Below are positions 1 through 10,109 of a DNA stretch of 64,000 nt, one piece after another. How positions within the stretch are numbered: position 1 is the first letter of the stretch; each line of letters starts with the position of its first letter. The translations under genes and the position numbers were made by a program. Source of the stretch: an uncultured Candidatus Saccharibacteria bacterium (GTDB taxonomy: Bacteria > Patescibacteriota > Saccharimonadia > Saccharimonadales > UBA10212); contig CAZETJ010000001.1 in NCBI GenBank assembly GCA_964514575.1, positions 56,014-120,013 on the forward strand, read 5' to 3'. Below the pieces are notes generated by a model, which saw nothing but the letters and a program-made list of their open reading frames with translations, was not told the DNA's origin and did not search any database.

Positions 1-270
1 GAAAAAAAGCGCCTCAGCCAGTTCCCGGTTGGACAGGGCCTATTTTTCGCTGGCCAAAACCACGTACATATCCAGGTTATCGCCAGCCCGACCGAGACTG
101 ATTTGATAATATCTACCCCTGGTCTGACACCTGTCGAGGGCGAAGCACCAACTGCGGCTGTAGCCTCTCCTGAGATTGAGTCGCCACCACTGGCACAATC
201 GAATATCGAAGCTAGCGGTTCAACTGCCGCCAGTTTGCCACCAAGTATTCAAACTGTTAGCGGAGCATAG
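1..270 (+). CDS. C-terminus of VirB4-like/TraC-family ATPase (partial, enters from left edge)
   Basis: Frame 1 reads EKKRLSQFPVGQGLFFAGQNHVHIQVIASPTE... to TAG at 268-270, resembling the C-terminal tail of VirB4-like ATPases. Not in the ORF track. Confidence 0.7.
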   Translation, partial: EKKRLSQFPVGQGLFFAGQNHVHIQVIASPTETDLIISTPGLTPVEGEAPTAAVASPEIESPPLAQSNIEASGSTAASLPPSIQTVSGA

Positions 271-281
271 ATTAGCCAGTT

Positions 282-3116
282 ATGGCTAACACAGTTTACG
301 ACCCGGAAACAGAAAAAGACCGCCCGGTTGGCAGCGGAGGTTCGACCGATTTTTTGCGCCGGCGTGAAAGCTTGCATAATCCTGACGCCAGCGATAATCA
401 ACCAGCCGGAAAGGCTGGTGGCCCGCGAGCCGGTAGCGAAAAGGCGCCTGACTATCGTCCTCAATACGCACCTCGTTCCCGTGGAGAGGGGGATGGTGAC
501 GAAAAAGTTTATCGCACTGCTGGCAACGAACCTTCAGATACGCTGGGCGAACCGCTATCAGGCGAAGGCAAAAAATCATCGGCAAAAAAAACTGTTCCCG
601 ACAGAGGTGAGCTGGCACAAAAAGAAGAAGCTGCTACCGGCCAGGAGGCGCAAGCATCCACTGGAGTGGTTCAGCATGAAAACCAAGTTGGCCGCGGTTG
701 GACAGGCAAGGGCGGATCAAAAGCTAACCCTCGCTGGTACGCTCGACATAAACGAAAGTTGATTTGGGGTGGCGTTAGCGCCACTTTGGCCGGACTATCA
801 GTCGCGCTTTTCTTCGCCCTACTTCCTTTAAAAATTCTAAACGTTGTTAACAACCTGCAGAACCGCTTTTTTGCTACCGGGCAGAATGCTGTCCAGACTG
901 AAACGGATAATCTATTCAGGGGCTACGTCATTAAGCATGTCCTGCCGAGTTACAAAACTTGTGGGACAACCATCAGCAAAAACTGCAGTATTAACGTTGT
1001 CGGTACCGATCCCGTTAGTAAGCTCTACCGCAGCTGGTCAACCGGCCGCCTGGAAAACAAATTGGCCCAAAATTATGGTATCGAGTTCCAGCACCGAGCT
1101 GACGGGTGGTATTTAAAGACGCCTAGCACCAGTGGGGTCGGCCTGGCAATCGGTGAAAACGGCGCCGAGCTAGATAGTGCCTTCAAGAAGGTTGGAATCT
1201 CCGAGATTCGCGGGGCAATCAGCCAAGAGACCAGATGGTACCAGGTTTATTTCAGATTCAAAGTCGGAAGCTTGCTTCAAGAAAAGTACGGCATCAGGCG
1301 TTGCTTGATTTTCTGTTCCGTGACGGACCCGCTCACCAACAAAGTGGCCGATCAAAAAATAGCGGCAAAACTGTTTTTGACACAGCGGGTCATCACACCG
1401 CGCAACCAAACGCTAGGCATAGCCTTTGAATGTTTGCTTAACGGTTGCATCGCAGACACTGCCCAGCCGACCACTGACGCAACGCCGGGACTCACAGGGG
1501 CTGAAGCCGGAGCTCCAGAAAATGCTGAAACCGACGCGGCCATCCGTAGAGGTCTCACCAGTTTTGCAGCCAGGTACGGCGTGACTGACAGCGGCTCAGT
1601 TGATGCGCTGGTTCAGACCTACAAAGATATCTCGGACAAAGGTTTTCAGAAATACCTCGTTACCAAAGGACTGGCCCCGTTCATCGGCGAAACTACCGCC
1701 GATGGCTTCACTAAACTGGTACCGATAGCCGGCTGGATAGACCTGACGGCTAGATTGGTTCAGGCGGGTGGCGAAGCCAGCCAAAACCTTAGAAAATTGG
1801 CTTATGTCACTAACGCCACGGCTGCGGTTGATCTATTTTCTATGTATCGGACTTATGCTGATGAGATAAAAAGTGGCCACGCCAACGCTACCGAAGTTGG
1901 CTCGCTAGTTGATTCACTGGGCTCGGGTAACCAGGGATCCTCCACTGATCCAGAAGTCGGCGGCACAGCCAGTGCTGAGCAAGCGCCGCTCTATGATTAT
2001 CTTATCAATGGCAATACCAACGCCAGCGCTTCCTCTGCCACAGCTTCTAAGGGCTCCTTGCTCAGCGACTTGCTGGGATCACAAGTCTTGGCCGCTTCCG
2101 GCGCTACAACCGCAACACCAAGCTATCTATGCAATAACGGCAAGGGCGTGCCTGCCGGTCAGTTGGTCTGCAACGAAGAAATTCTCGGTCAGGGCAACCA
2201 TTACGCCGATACCATAAAAAACATTCCTGGGTATGATTTTCTACAAAAAATATCCGGCTTATGGATGGCGTCTGGCGGACAGGTATTCAGCATTATTAAC
2301 AGTATCTTGGGCAGTGTATTCCAGAAAGTCGTCGCTGGCCTAGACGCCACCTGTGGCCTGCCGCTTTTCAGCCAAGTAAGTCTCTACTGTCAAGCAAAGA
2401 CTCTGGCAAGCGGGGCAGCCTCAACACTGGTCAATGCCGTTACCCAATGGCTTATCCCGAACCCCTTCAGTACTAATATGAGCGGCGCTCGCACATTTGA
2501 TATGATGGCAGCCGGCGCTGATGTGGCTGGGAATGACTCTGCCCATACTACGCTTGGTGGCCAAGCGCTAACACCTGCACAATCGGCCACAATCACTAAC
2601 CAGCAGTTAGCCGACAATCAACAACAATATGCCCAGCAGTCGGTTTTTGCCCGCCTGTTTAGTACCTCGAATCCTTACTCTTTGACCACGAAATTGGCTA
2701 TGGCCCTGCCGATGAACTCATTACCGTCAATTCGTTCGGGCATTGCTAGCTTCCTTGGCAATCCATTCGCTGTCATTGGCCATAGTTTCAGTACATTATT
2801 CTCCGGGCACGCCTATGCGGCCGCCACTGTTCAGGCCGATCCATTTGGCGTTACGCAATATGGTTACCCGGCCGGCACGATTCCAAGTGATCCTCAAACC
2901 TACTGGAATGATAATTGCAGCGACGACGCCTCTCACGCCTACCAGAACGACGCCGCCAATAACAGCTGGAACAGCACGGCGTCCACGACTTTGGATTCTA
3001 ACCACATGCCAATGAACAATTCGACAAACCCCTGCCTGCTGATAATGGCGACCGTTGGTAGCGACGGCGCGACATACAGTTCTGACGTATTAACTGCGGA
3101 CGATCAAGCCAATTAG
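282..3116 (+). CDS. Large membrane-associated protein of T4SS-like locus (944 aa)
   Basis: Disordered N-terminus, TM helix at ~aa 160-185, paired Cys, Ala/Gly/Thr-rich body. Lies between the VirB4-like gene and a cell-wall hydrolase. Confidence 0.6.
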   Translation: MANTVYDPETEKDRPVGSGGSTDFLRRRESLHNPDASDNQPAGKAGGPRAGSEKAPDYRPQYAPRSRGEGDGDEKVYRTAGNEPSDTLGEPLSGEGKKSSAKKTVPDRGELAQKEEAATGQEAQASTGVVQHENQVGRGWTGKGGSKANPRWYARHKRKLIWGGVSATLAGLSVALFFALLPLKILNVVNNLQNRFFATGQNAVQTETDNLFRGYVIKHVLPSYKTCGTTISKNCSINVVGTDPVSKLYRSWSTGRLENKLAQNYGIEFQHRADGWYLKTPSTSGVGLAIGENGAELDSAFKKVGISEIRGAISQETRWYQVYFRFKVGSLLQEKYGIRRCLIFCSVTDPLTNKVADQKIAAKLFLTQRVITPRNQTLGIAFECLLNGCIADTAQPTTDATPGLTGAEAGAPENAETDAAIRRGLTSFAARYGVTDSGSVDALVQTYKDISDKGFQKYLVTKGLAPFIGETTADGFTKLVPIAGWIDLTARLVQAGGEASQNLRKLAYVTNATAAVDLFSMYRTYADEIKSGHANATEVGSLVDSLGSGNQGSSTDPEVGGTASAEQAPLYDYLINGNTNASASSATASKGSLLSDLLGSQVLAASGATTATPSYLCNNGKGVPAGQLVCNEEILGQGNHYADTIKNIPGYDFLQKISGLWMASGGQVFSIINSILGSVFQKVVAGLDATCGLPLFSQVSLYCQAKTLASGAASTLVNAVTQWLIPNPFSTNMSGARTFDMMAAGADVAGNDSAHTTLGGQALTPAQSATITNQQLADNQQQYAQQSVFARLFSTSNPYSLTTKLAMALPMNSLPSIRSGIASFLGNPFAVIGHSFSTLFSGHAYAAATVQADPFGVTQYGYPAGTIPSDPQTYWNDNCSDDASHAYQNDAANNSWNSTASTTLDSNHMPMNNSTNPCLLIMATVGSDGATYSSDVLTADDQAN

Positions 3117-3118
3117 CT

Positions 3119-4255
3119 ATGCAGATATCGAAACGGTTTTCTTTGCAAAGAATCGCCTGGGCGGCACTGGCCGTAGTACTTTTGCTTTCGAGCCTTGGTG
3201 GAAGCACCGTTTCGGCCCTGACCCAGGACGATATAAATAGTATTTATAACGATACTGTCTGGTATAAGGCCGGAGGCGGTGCAGCATGCGGGTCGGGCAC
3301 TTTGGTCGGAAGCGATAATGCCCAAAAAGTTTGGAACTACCTAAAAGGACAGAGCTTAAGCGACGCTCAGGCAGCCGGCGTAATGGGCAATATGCAACAG
3401 GAGTCCTCGTTCGACCCAGAGAGAATTGAGAGCGGTGGCAATAGTACCAACCCGGCGGACGCTGGGGGCGGGGGCTGGGGTTTAGTCCAATGGACACCAG
3501 GCTCCAAGGTTCTCGATATTGCCCAAAGTCTTAATATTACCGACCCAATCTATCAGCTCTCGACACAGCTAGAAATAGTTTGGGGCGAGATGATTGGCAC
3601 TAGCCCAGTGGGTGTTGTCAATATGCTCAATGGACTGAAGCAAATCAGCGACGCTGCCCAGGCGGCAACCTACTTTAATGCAAATTTTGAAAGCGGTACT
3701 GATCCGAGTGGGGTCAGGGAGACCTATGCCGTGGCGCTGCTAGCTCAATATGGAGGGACTGGCGCCGGTGGTGGCTGTGGTAATTCAATTAGCCCAAATT
3801 GCCAAGCCGCTAGCGGCACGGCTAGGATTCTCTGCGACGCCGAACAGTACGACACGGTTAGTTATAGCGAGGGCGGCGGCCACCAGGGCGGAGCTGCCTG
3901 GCATACCGACTGTCCAAGTATTGGGCCAGGCTGTGTCTTGGATTGCAGCGGTCTTGTGAACGTTGCAATTTATGATGTGTATGGAACAAATATTAATGAG
4001 ACAACGTATACCGAGGCAAGCGACACGCAGTATTGGCATCATATCTCGTTCGGCGAATTACAGCCCGGAGACTTACTAGAGCCGGGGCAATATAACGGCG
4101 GCCATGTAGAAATAGTCGATCATGTTAACGGACACACTATTTACACCTTTGGCGCTCATACTGCCAATGCCCCTCAGCCAGACCAGGTCGGACCGACAAA
4201 TTATCAATCTAATTCTAATGACGTCTACCTGCGTTACGCGGGACCAGGCGCATGA
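3119..4255 (+). CDS. Secreted peptidoglycan hydrolase: phage-tail-type lysozyme plus NlpC/P60 domain
   Basis: Signal peptide; AAGVMGNMQQES...GWGLVQWT lysozyme motifs; LDCSGLV...LQPGDLL...GHV NlpC/P60 Cys/His motifs. Confidence 0.85.
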   Translation: MQISKRFSLQRIAWAALAVVLLLSSLGGSTVSALTQDDINSIYNDTVWYKAGGGAACGSGTLVGSDNAQKVWNYLKGQSLSDAQAAGVMGNMQQESSFDPERIESGGNSTNPADAGGGGWGLVQWTPGSKVLDIAQSLNITDPIYQLSTQLEIVWGEMIGTSPVGVVNMLNGLKQISDAAQAATYFNANFESGTDPSGVRETYAVALLAQYGGTGAGGGCGNSISPNCQAASGTARILCDAEQYDTVSYSEGGGHQGGAAWHTDCPSIGPGCVLDCSGLVNVAIYDVYGTNINETTYTEASDTQYWHHISFGELQPGDLLEPGQYNGGHVEIVDHVNGHTIYTFGAHTANAPQPDQVGPTNYQSNSNDVYLRYAGPGA

Positions 4256-4285
4256 ATAACTTAATTTATGCTAAGGTCATAAAAG

Positions 4286-4714
4286 ATGCGGCTTAATAAA
4301 TACATATACTCTCTAGGTCTTCTGTTTTTCGTCGTAGTTGGCGGCCTGGTGGCACAGTACTTGATACTCGGTGGCGCCAGGGAAGTTAAACTATCATCTT
4401 CTGCACCGCTTACTGGCAGCGTTGCCCAAAGCCTGTATTCCGGTAATGGACGAACCAAATTATTAACTCCTGGCAAAGATTTTAATCTTAAAAACACCCA
4501 CTACTTTGATAATAATACCTGGGTAGTGACTACAGTTACGCCGACTAAACAACAGTTTAACCAAGCGGTTGTCGTTCTAGAGAAAAAAGATTCGGCCTAC
4601 CAGGCTGTGCTGGGCCCGGGCAGCGCCTTCTCAAGTAGCGTTCTTATAAGTCTACCGACCGATGTCGCCAATTATCTTAGTAATCTGGGAGTGACTTATG
4701 GACTCGGGCAATAG
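4286..4714 (+). CDS. Hypothetical protein with N-terminal membrane anchor
   Basis: 142-aa ORF, hydrophobic N-terminus, co-directional with the hydrolase. Confidence 0.7.
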   Translation: MRLNKYIYSLGLLFFVVVGGLVAQYLILGGAREVKLSSSAPLTGSVAQSLYSGNGRTKLLTPGKDFNLKNTHYFDNNTWVVTTVTPTKQQFNQAVVVLEKKDSAYQAVLGPGSAFSSSVLISLPTDVANYLSNLGVTYGLGQ

Positions 4715-5348
4715 ACAAAAACTTAGTCTCGCCCTCTATGGGTTGTGCCTCCTAGCTCTGGCGGGGATGGTCTATTTGGTGTTTCAGGCCGTCAACACCG
4801 CCAGCGCCACTGGTATCCTGAAAGTCAGCTCCCCGGATAAAAAATCCTCGCTTAGCGTTAGCCGCACTGACTCGGTAGCCAAGTTCATCGGTGTGGGTGG
4901 CGCTAAAGTACGCCTGAGCCCCGGAAGCTATTTGGTGGGCGCCAGCAATAACGGTCGCCAGGTCTATGAAACCGTCGTTATTAAAAAGCAGGCAACCGCT
5001 AATTTAAGCCTGGATCCTTCCAAGGCAGTTGTTTTCCCAACGGTTGAGGCCGTGGATTTCACCGGTTTTGACTCCCTGATCAACAGCGGTCTCACCTCAG
5101 TCCAGATAAGTATCCTAAAAAGTGCTTTTTTCCGTTATAAGCCAACGGAGAAAACAGTCGCAATCGACGCCTCCAGTGTCGTGCCAGGACCCCATAACCC
5201 AGATACTGACATTGGTTTTAGCCTACAGTTCAACTTATCTCTTGACTCCAGGGCTCTCAAGGCAGTAGTTAGCTATTCTGAGCTTACCAGCGCACGTCTC
5301 CAGCTGTTTGATCAGCAGGGCAGCGCACTTTTTGACTCTAGTAAATAG
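4698..5348 (+). CDS. Hypothetical protein with N-terminal anchor and beta-rich (PEGA-like) segment
   Basis: 216-aa ORF overlapping the previous gene; TM helix then LSPGSYLV-type strand pattern. Confidence 0.65.
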   Translation: MDSGNRQKLSLALYGLCLLALAGMVYLVFQAVNTASATGILKVSSPDKKSSLSVSRTDSVAKFIGVGGAKVRLSPGSYLVGASNNGRQVYETVVIKKQATANLSLDPSKAVVFPTVEAVDFTGFDSLINSGLTSVQISILKSAFFRYKPTEKTVAIDASSVVPGPHNPDTDIGFSLQFNLSLDSRALKAVVSYSELTSARLQLFDQQGSALFDSSK

Positions 5349-5393
5349 AGCTTGCGGTTGCAATTTTTAAGCAAATATGCTATATATAGAGGC

Positions 5394-6131
5394 GTGAGTA
5401 ATCCAAACAAAAACATCGACCGTCGACAAAAAATAGTACAGCGTGTGGCGCCATGGATGGCTGGCCTCTCTTTAGCTGGCGCTGTGGCCGCAGAAGCCTC
5501 TACCGCCCAGGCGGCTCAAACTAAGACCGAGGTACAGACAGCGGTCAATTATGAGAGTCCCAAGGGGTACCTTAATGAAATTAACAGTCGCTTGTTAGAG
5601 ATAAAATCAGAGCTAATTAAAGCACCCGGTGTAAAGTCTGGCAACACAGGGATGATTACGGGTGATCCCAAGACGCATAAGCTTATCTCAGGAACTTATT
5701 ATATGCTCGAGCGGCCAAGTGGGAAAAATCATAATCATACAGACTTTATAAATATGGTTTTTATAAAAGGTCAGGAGCTGCCTTTTGTGGCTAGTGGGGG
5801 GGTAGATTATTCGGCAAACACTAAAACTGGGCAGCAGTCGGGCGTAGAGTTTTATATGCTGCACGAAGATGTCATCCAGACTGGTGTGGATGGTGGTTTC
5901 AGTAACACCAAATATAAGGACGTTGTAGATTACGACGTGGCCAAGCTCAACATTTCCGTTAATAATCTGAGAAATGCTAAAAGCTATCGCGTAGGCATAC
6001 GCCCGCCTCTAGGCAAACTTCCAAGCGATGACGCTAAAGCTATGTTTGATTATAAGTATCATCCGACCCAGGTCATGGATGCCTACAACCAGTTCTTTGA
6101 GTTGGCTGCCAGTTTCGGTCTAAAGTCCTAG
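5394..6131 (+). CDS. Hypothetical secreted protein
   Basis: ORF 5352-6131; GTG at 5394 preferred because TTGCAA...TGCTATAT promoter-like sequence lies just upstream. Signal-like Ala-rich helix. Confidence 0.65.
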   Translation: MSNPNKNIDRRQKIVQRVAPWMAGLSLAGAVAAEASTAQAAQTKTEVQTAVNYESPKGYLNEINSRLLEIKSELIKAPGVKSGNTGMITGDPKTHKLISGTYYMLERPSGKNHNHTDFINMVFIKGQELPFVASGGVDYSANTKTGQQSGVEFYMLHEDVIQTGVDGGFSNTKYKDVVDYDVAKLNISVNNLRNAKSYRVGIRPPLGKLPSDDAKAMFDYKYHPTQVMDAYNQFFELAASFGLKS

Positions 6132-6132
6132 T

Positions 6133-7188
6133 TTATTTAAGCGCGATTAACTTGTGCCCGCGGTCGAAGTATTCGATGACAGCGTCAGCGTCAGTAGTCG
6201 TTAAAATGGCTTGGCGTCCGGTTAAAAGTTCAACCAGCGCCTGGCGGCGCTTGCCGTCCAGTTCGGAGAAAACATCGTCCAATAGAAGTATTGGGGCTTG
6301 TCCGCGGCTTTTTTCTACCAGCTCGGCCTCGATTTTTTTGAGCGCTAAGATTAATGATCGGGTCTCTCCTCGCGAAGCAGTTATACCGGCGGGGTAGGTA
6401 TTGAGCGAAAATATAAAGTCCTCGCGGTGTGGTCCATGTCCGGTAAAACCCCTAGCTAAATCCGACTGGAGGCTTTTGCCTAATTTAGCGACAAGCCGGC
6501 TGGCGTAGTGGTTGATTGGAAACTCAGCGTCGTATCTAAGGCTCAGTTTGGAGCGCCGGCCAGCAATTTTGTTGTAAGTCCGAGCTAGACTGGTATTAAT
6601 CTGGGTGGCGAGATCCGTGCGCACGGTAGCTAGTTGGGCGCCTAGATCGCCCAGCCGCACATCCCAGGCAAAAAGCTGGCGGCCGGCAAATCTTTCGCCG
6701 CGTTTTAATAGGGCGTTGCGTTGGGTCAGAGTCCGACGATAGGCTGCAGATAAGCTTTTAAATTGCGGGTTGGTGCGCTCTAAGATATCGTCAGCCCAGT
6801 CGCGGCGGTCGGAGGGACTGCCGGCGATAATGGCCGTTTGGTTGGGTTCGAAAAAGACAATTGGAATACTGCGCTCGTAGTTAAGCCTTTTTAGGTTCGT
6901 AGCGTTTATAGAAAAAGTTTTATCTACCGAGTCGCCTATGGGCTCTAGTTTGACGCTTCTTTCTGAGCCTTCAAAAACACCATCTAATCGTGCCCAGGCT
7001 TTGCGGTGCTTGATTAGCTCGGCATCGCTAGCTTTATATGAACGGCCGCGTGACAAAACCATTACTGCTTCTAGCAGGTTGGTTTTGCCGCTGGCATTGG
7101 GACCGACCACAATATTGACGCTTGGCTCAAATTCGAACGACGCGTCAGAGTAACTGCGAAAGTTTTGCAAACGGATAGATCTGATCAT
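6133..7188 (-). CDS. recF: DNA replication/repair protein RecF
   Basis: LQNFRSY, Walker A GPNASGKTN, LLLDDVFSELD; downstream of dnaN. Confidence 0.96.
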   Translation of the reverse strand: MIRSIRLQNFRSYSDASFEFEPSVNIVVGPNASGKTNLLEAVMVLSRGRSYKASDAELIKHRKAWARLDGVFEGSERSVKLEPIGDSVDKTFSINATNLKRLNYERSIPIVFFEPNQTAIIAGSPSDRRDWADDILERTNPQFKSLSAAYRRTLTQRNALLKRGERFAGRQLFAWDVRLGDLGAQLATVRTDLATQINTSLARTYNKIAGRRSKLSLRYDAEFPINHYASRLVAKLGKSLQSDLARGFTGHGPHREDFIFSLNTYPAGITASRGETRSLILALKKIEAELVEKSRGQAPILLLDDVFSELDGKRRQALVELLTGRQAILTTTDADAVIEYFDRGHKLIALK

Positions 7189-7278
7189 TCTTAGTTAAAG
7201 GGTACATTCTATGGCTGTTTGGTTCTAGTCTTATCTGGAAGATAGCCCGAGCGTCGGATTCATTCCGCGCCCGGCGCG

Positions 7279-7308
7279 ATAAGAAACCCTGATGGGGTTT
7301 CTTATTTT
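7279..7308. terminator. Intrinsic terminator-like hairpin
   Basis: ATAAGAAACCC-TGATG-GGGTTTCTTAT followed by TTT, immediately after the dnaN stop; could act in either direction. Confidence 0.7.
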
Positions 7309-7309
7309 G

Positions 7310-8398
7310 CTAGCTGCGCAGCGGCATTATCAAGTGTAGATAATCGGGCTCTGATTTGCTCCTAAGTACACAGGGTTCTAGTTTGCCGTTGAAGCAAAAT
7401 TCTATTTGGTCGCCAGAAAAAGCGTTGAGGGCTTCAATCAGATATCTGGAGTTGAGAGTTACTTCGCCGTCACTGCTGACTTGGGCTTCAGCGGCCGCGG
7501 TGTTTTCTCCCAGCTGGCTGGCGACGGCGTTGATGCTAACTCGGGCGTCTTCTTTGGAGGCTTTAATAGTGATACTACCGGCGCTTTCGCGGGCAAACAA
7601 GCTGGAAACTTTGGCGATGTTGGCCAGGTCTGCTCGAGCCATTTTGGCTGTGGTCGCGAATTTGGAAGGTATTAATTTGCGGTAGTCGGGGTAGGTGCCT
7701 TCGATTAAGCGGGCAACTAGGTTGACGTCGCCAGCATGGAAAGATACCTGCTGGTCGTCATGGCTAACAATTACCTCTTCTTCGTCGCTGATGATCCTTA
7801 GAAGATCGGCGGCAGCGCTGGCCGGTAGCAGAAAATCTATTGGCTGGCTGTTTTTGATAAGTTTGGCCTCGGCTAAGCGGTAGCTATCGGTTGCGGCTAT
7901 TGCCACCCCTGTATCGTCGCCGTGAAAATTTACACCTGTTAAAACCGGTCGAGAGTCATCTGGGCTAGCGGCAAAAACTACTTTAGAAAGTGCTTTTTTG
8001 AAGTCAACTGCTGGAATTTTCCAAGTTGCGGCTTGGCTGATAGCTGGCATAACCGGAAAGTCCTCGGCTGGGATTCCATTAATTACCGATTGATATTGGT
8101 CGGTGGTTATTTTTAGATGGTTTTCTTCTAGCTCTAGGTTTATTACGCCTTCGGGAAGACTGCTAATAAAGTCTTGCATGAGTTTGGCGGGGACGGTGAT
8201 AGCGCCTTCGGCGGTGATTTTGGAACCAACAAAGTGGGTTATGGCGATGTCTAGGTTAGTGGCTGCAATGCTGAGGCGGTTATTTTCGGTTTTAAGGAGT
8301 ACGTTGGCAAGCACAGGGAGTGTGCCGCGGTTACTGGCGATACGAGCAACGGTATTTAGGGACCGAGCTAAATTGTTTTGGGCAACTTGTAGTTTCAT
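7310..8398 (-). CDS. dnaN: DNA polymerase III beta clamp
   Basis: ATDSYRL, RLIEGTYPDY, C-terminal LIMPLR; follows dnaA. Confidence 0.97.
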   Translation of the reverse strand: MKLQVAQNNLARSLNTVARIASNRGTLPVLANVLLKTENNRLSIAATNLDIAITHFVGSKITAEGAITVPAKLMQDFISSLPEGVINLELEENHLKITTDQYQSVINGIPAEDFPVMPAISQAATWKIPAVDFKKALSKVVFAASPDDSRPVLTGVNFHGDDTGVAIAATDSYRLAEAKLIKNSQPIDFLLPASAAADLLRIISDEEEVIVSHDDQQVSFHAGDVNLVARLIEGTYPDYRKLIPSKFATTAKMARADLANIAKVSSLFARESAGSITIKASKEDARVSINAVASQLGENTAAAEAQVSSDGEVTLNSRYLIEALNAFSGDQIEFCFNGKLEPCVLRSKSEPDYLHLIMPLRS

Positions 8399-8662
8399 GA
8401 TTATTATTAAAATCCTTTTAATAGAACCTTAGACTTAGTAGGTGATGTGGAAAAAGAGTATTTCAGGCCACCCAAACAGAGGCAGAAGAACCTAGTAAAA
8501 ACTGTGTATATGGTTAGTGCATAAGCCTTGATGGTTGAGTAAAAACTGTGCAGTAAAAAGGGCCCGGTAAAAAATTTTACCGCTAGGTTGTGGTATGTGG
8601 TCATAACTAGTTGGTTTTGTAACCTTGTTTTACCCAACTTCTGCACGTAGTTCTTCACAGCC
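8399..8662. promoter_or_regulatory. oriC part 1 (dnaA-dnaN intergenic) with DnaA box, DnaA-trio-like run and AT-rich unwinding element
   Basis: Minus strand TTTTCCACA (8446-8454) followed by TCAC-CTACTAAGTCTAAGGTTCTATTAAAA. Further degenerate TGTG-type boxes lie toward dnaA. Confidence 0.8.
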
Positions 8663-10042
8663 TTAAGCATAGATTTTTTCCTTTAGCTCATTAATTTGTT
8701 CGCGAATAGGGCTGTCATAACTAGACTCTTTATTAATTTTCTCAATTGAGTGTATAGCAGTGGTGTGGTCTTTACGGCCTAGTTCGTGAGCAATTTTGGG
8801 GAAGGATAAATGAAGCTCGTTGCGCAGCATATACATGGCTATTTGACGAGGAACAACAATGTCTTTATCGCGCTTAGGGCCGAGTATATCCTCCATGGAA
8901 ATATGGAAATATTTAGCGGTGCGTTCGATAATTTGGCGAGGGCTGATGTGCTTTGGCCGGTTAGCCTGAGCCTCAAAAATCGACTCCACCACATCCATAG
9001 TTGGATTGACGCCCCGCATTTCACAAAAGGCAATCACTTGGTTTAGGGCGCCTTCTAGTTCACGGATGTTGTTTTGAACGCGGCCGGCCAAAAACTCAAC
9101 CACGTCCCCGGGCAGCTCGATTGACTGCGAACCAGCCTTACTGTGCAAAATTGCGCAGCGGGTTTCAAAATCCGGCGACTGCATATCAATACTCATTCCC
9201 CAAGCAAAGCGGGATCGGAGCCGCTCTTCCAGGGTTGGTATGTCTTTAGGTTGTTTATCGGAACTCATAATAATTTGTTTGTTGGCCTGGTGTAGGGCGT
9301 TGAAAGTGTGAAAAAACTCTTCCTGGACCCGCTCTTTGCCAGCCAAAAACTGGACATCATCAACAATCAATACGTCAGCGCTGCGGTAAAAGTCAGCAAA
9401 ATCCGAAGTGTTCTTCTTAAACCTGATAGCGTCGACGAACTCCTGGACAAACTGCTCAGTTGAGGCATAAACGATTCGTGAACCCGGCCTGGCCGCTAAA
9501 ACGGCATTGCCCACTGCCTGGATTAGATGGGTCTTACCAATCCCAACACCACCATAAATAAATAAAGGGTTATATTTAGTGCCGGGTTTAGAGACGATCG
9601 CCTGGCAGGCAGCGTAAGCTAATTCGTTACTGGCGCCGACCACAAAATTTTCGAATGTATAACGCTCGTTTAACCCCTGCCGGTAAGAATGGCTAACATT
9701 GGCCGCGCCCTTAGCTCGCGGCTTATCTATCGTAGTGGCAACCACCCCTGAATTACTGAATATTGAGGAGTCGTCCAGTCGCTGACTAGGGGCTACGCCG
9801 GTGTGAATCTTATATTCTATCTGCTCCGCAGTTACCCCGTTTTTAGCCAAAACGCCCGACACGAGGTCATTAAACTTACGTTCCAACTGGTTTTTTACAA
9901 AAACATTAGGTACCCCGACTATCACCACACCGTCTTTCTGGCGTAATAACTGGGTATTTTTAAACCAGGTTACGAAATTGCCATGCGAGACAGATAGCTC
10001 AATTTCGCCCAGTACGGCCTGCCACAGTGCGCCGTCAGCCAC
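8663..10042 (-). CDS. dnaA: Chromosomal replication initiator DnaA
   Basis: YTFENFV, NPLFIYGGVGIGKTHL, QEEFFHTFN, KDHTTAIH. Confidence 0.98.
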   Translation of the reverse strand: MADGALWQAVLGEIELSVSHGNFVTWFKNTQLLRQKDGVVIVGVPNVFVKNQLERKFNDLVSGVLAKNGVTAEQIEYKIHTGVAPSQRLDDSSIFSNSGVVATTIDKPRAKGAANVSHSYRQGLNERYTFENFVVGASNELAYAACQAIVSKPGTKYNPLFIYGGVGIGKTHLIQAVGNAVLAARPGSRIVYASTEQFVQEFVDAIRFKKNTSDFADFYRSADVLIVDDVQFLAGKERVQEEFFHTFNALHQANKQIIMSSDKQPKDIPTLEERLRSRFAWGMSIDMQSPDFETRCAILHSKAGSQSIELPGDVVEFLAGRVQNNIRELEGALNQVIAFCEMRGVNPTMDVVESIFEAQANRPKHISPRQIIERTAKYFHISMEDILGPKRDKDIVVPRQIAMYMLRNELHLSFPKIAHELGRKDHTTAIHSIEKINKESSYDSPIREQINELKEKIYA

Positions 10043-10109
10043 TTCGGTTTTGCCCTCTTTTTTTCATCCGTTTTTCAACTAACCTAAGTCTTAATATAGC
10101 TAACCAGCG

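Noticed and set aside
8407-8670. ORFs 8407-8670 and 10027-10260
   Set aside because: They coincide with DnaA-box-containing origin spacers and are most likely non-coding.
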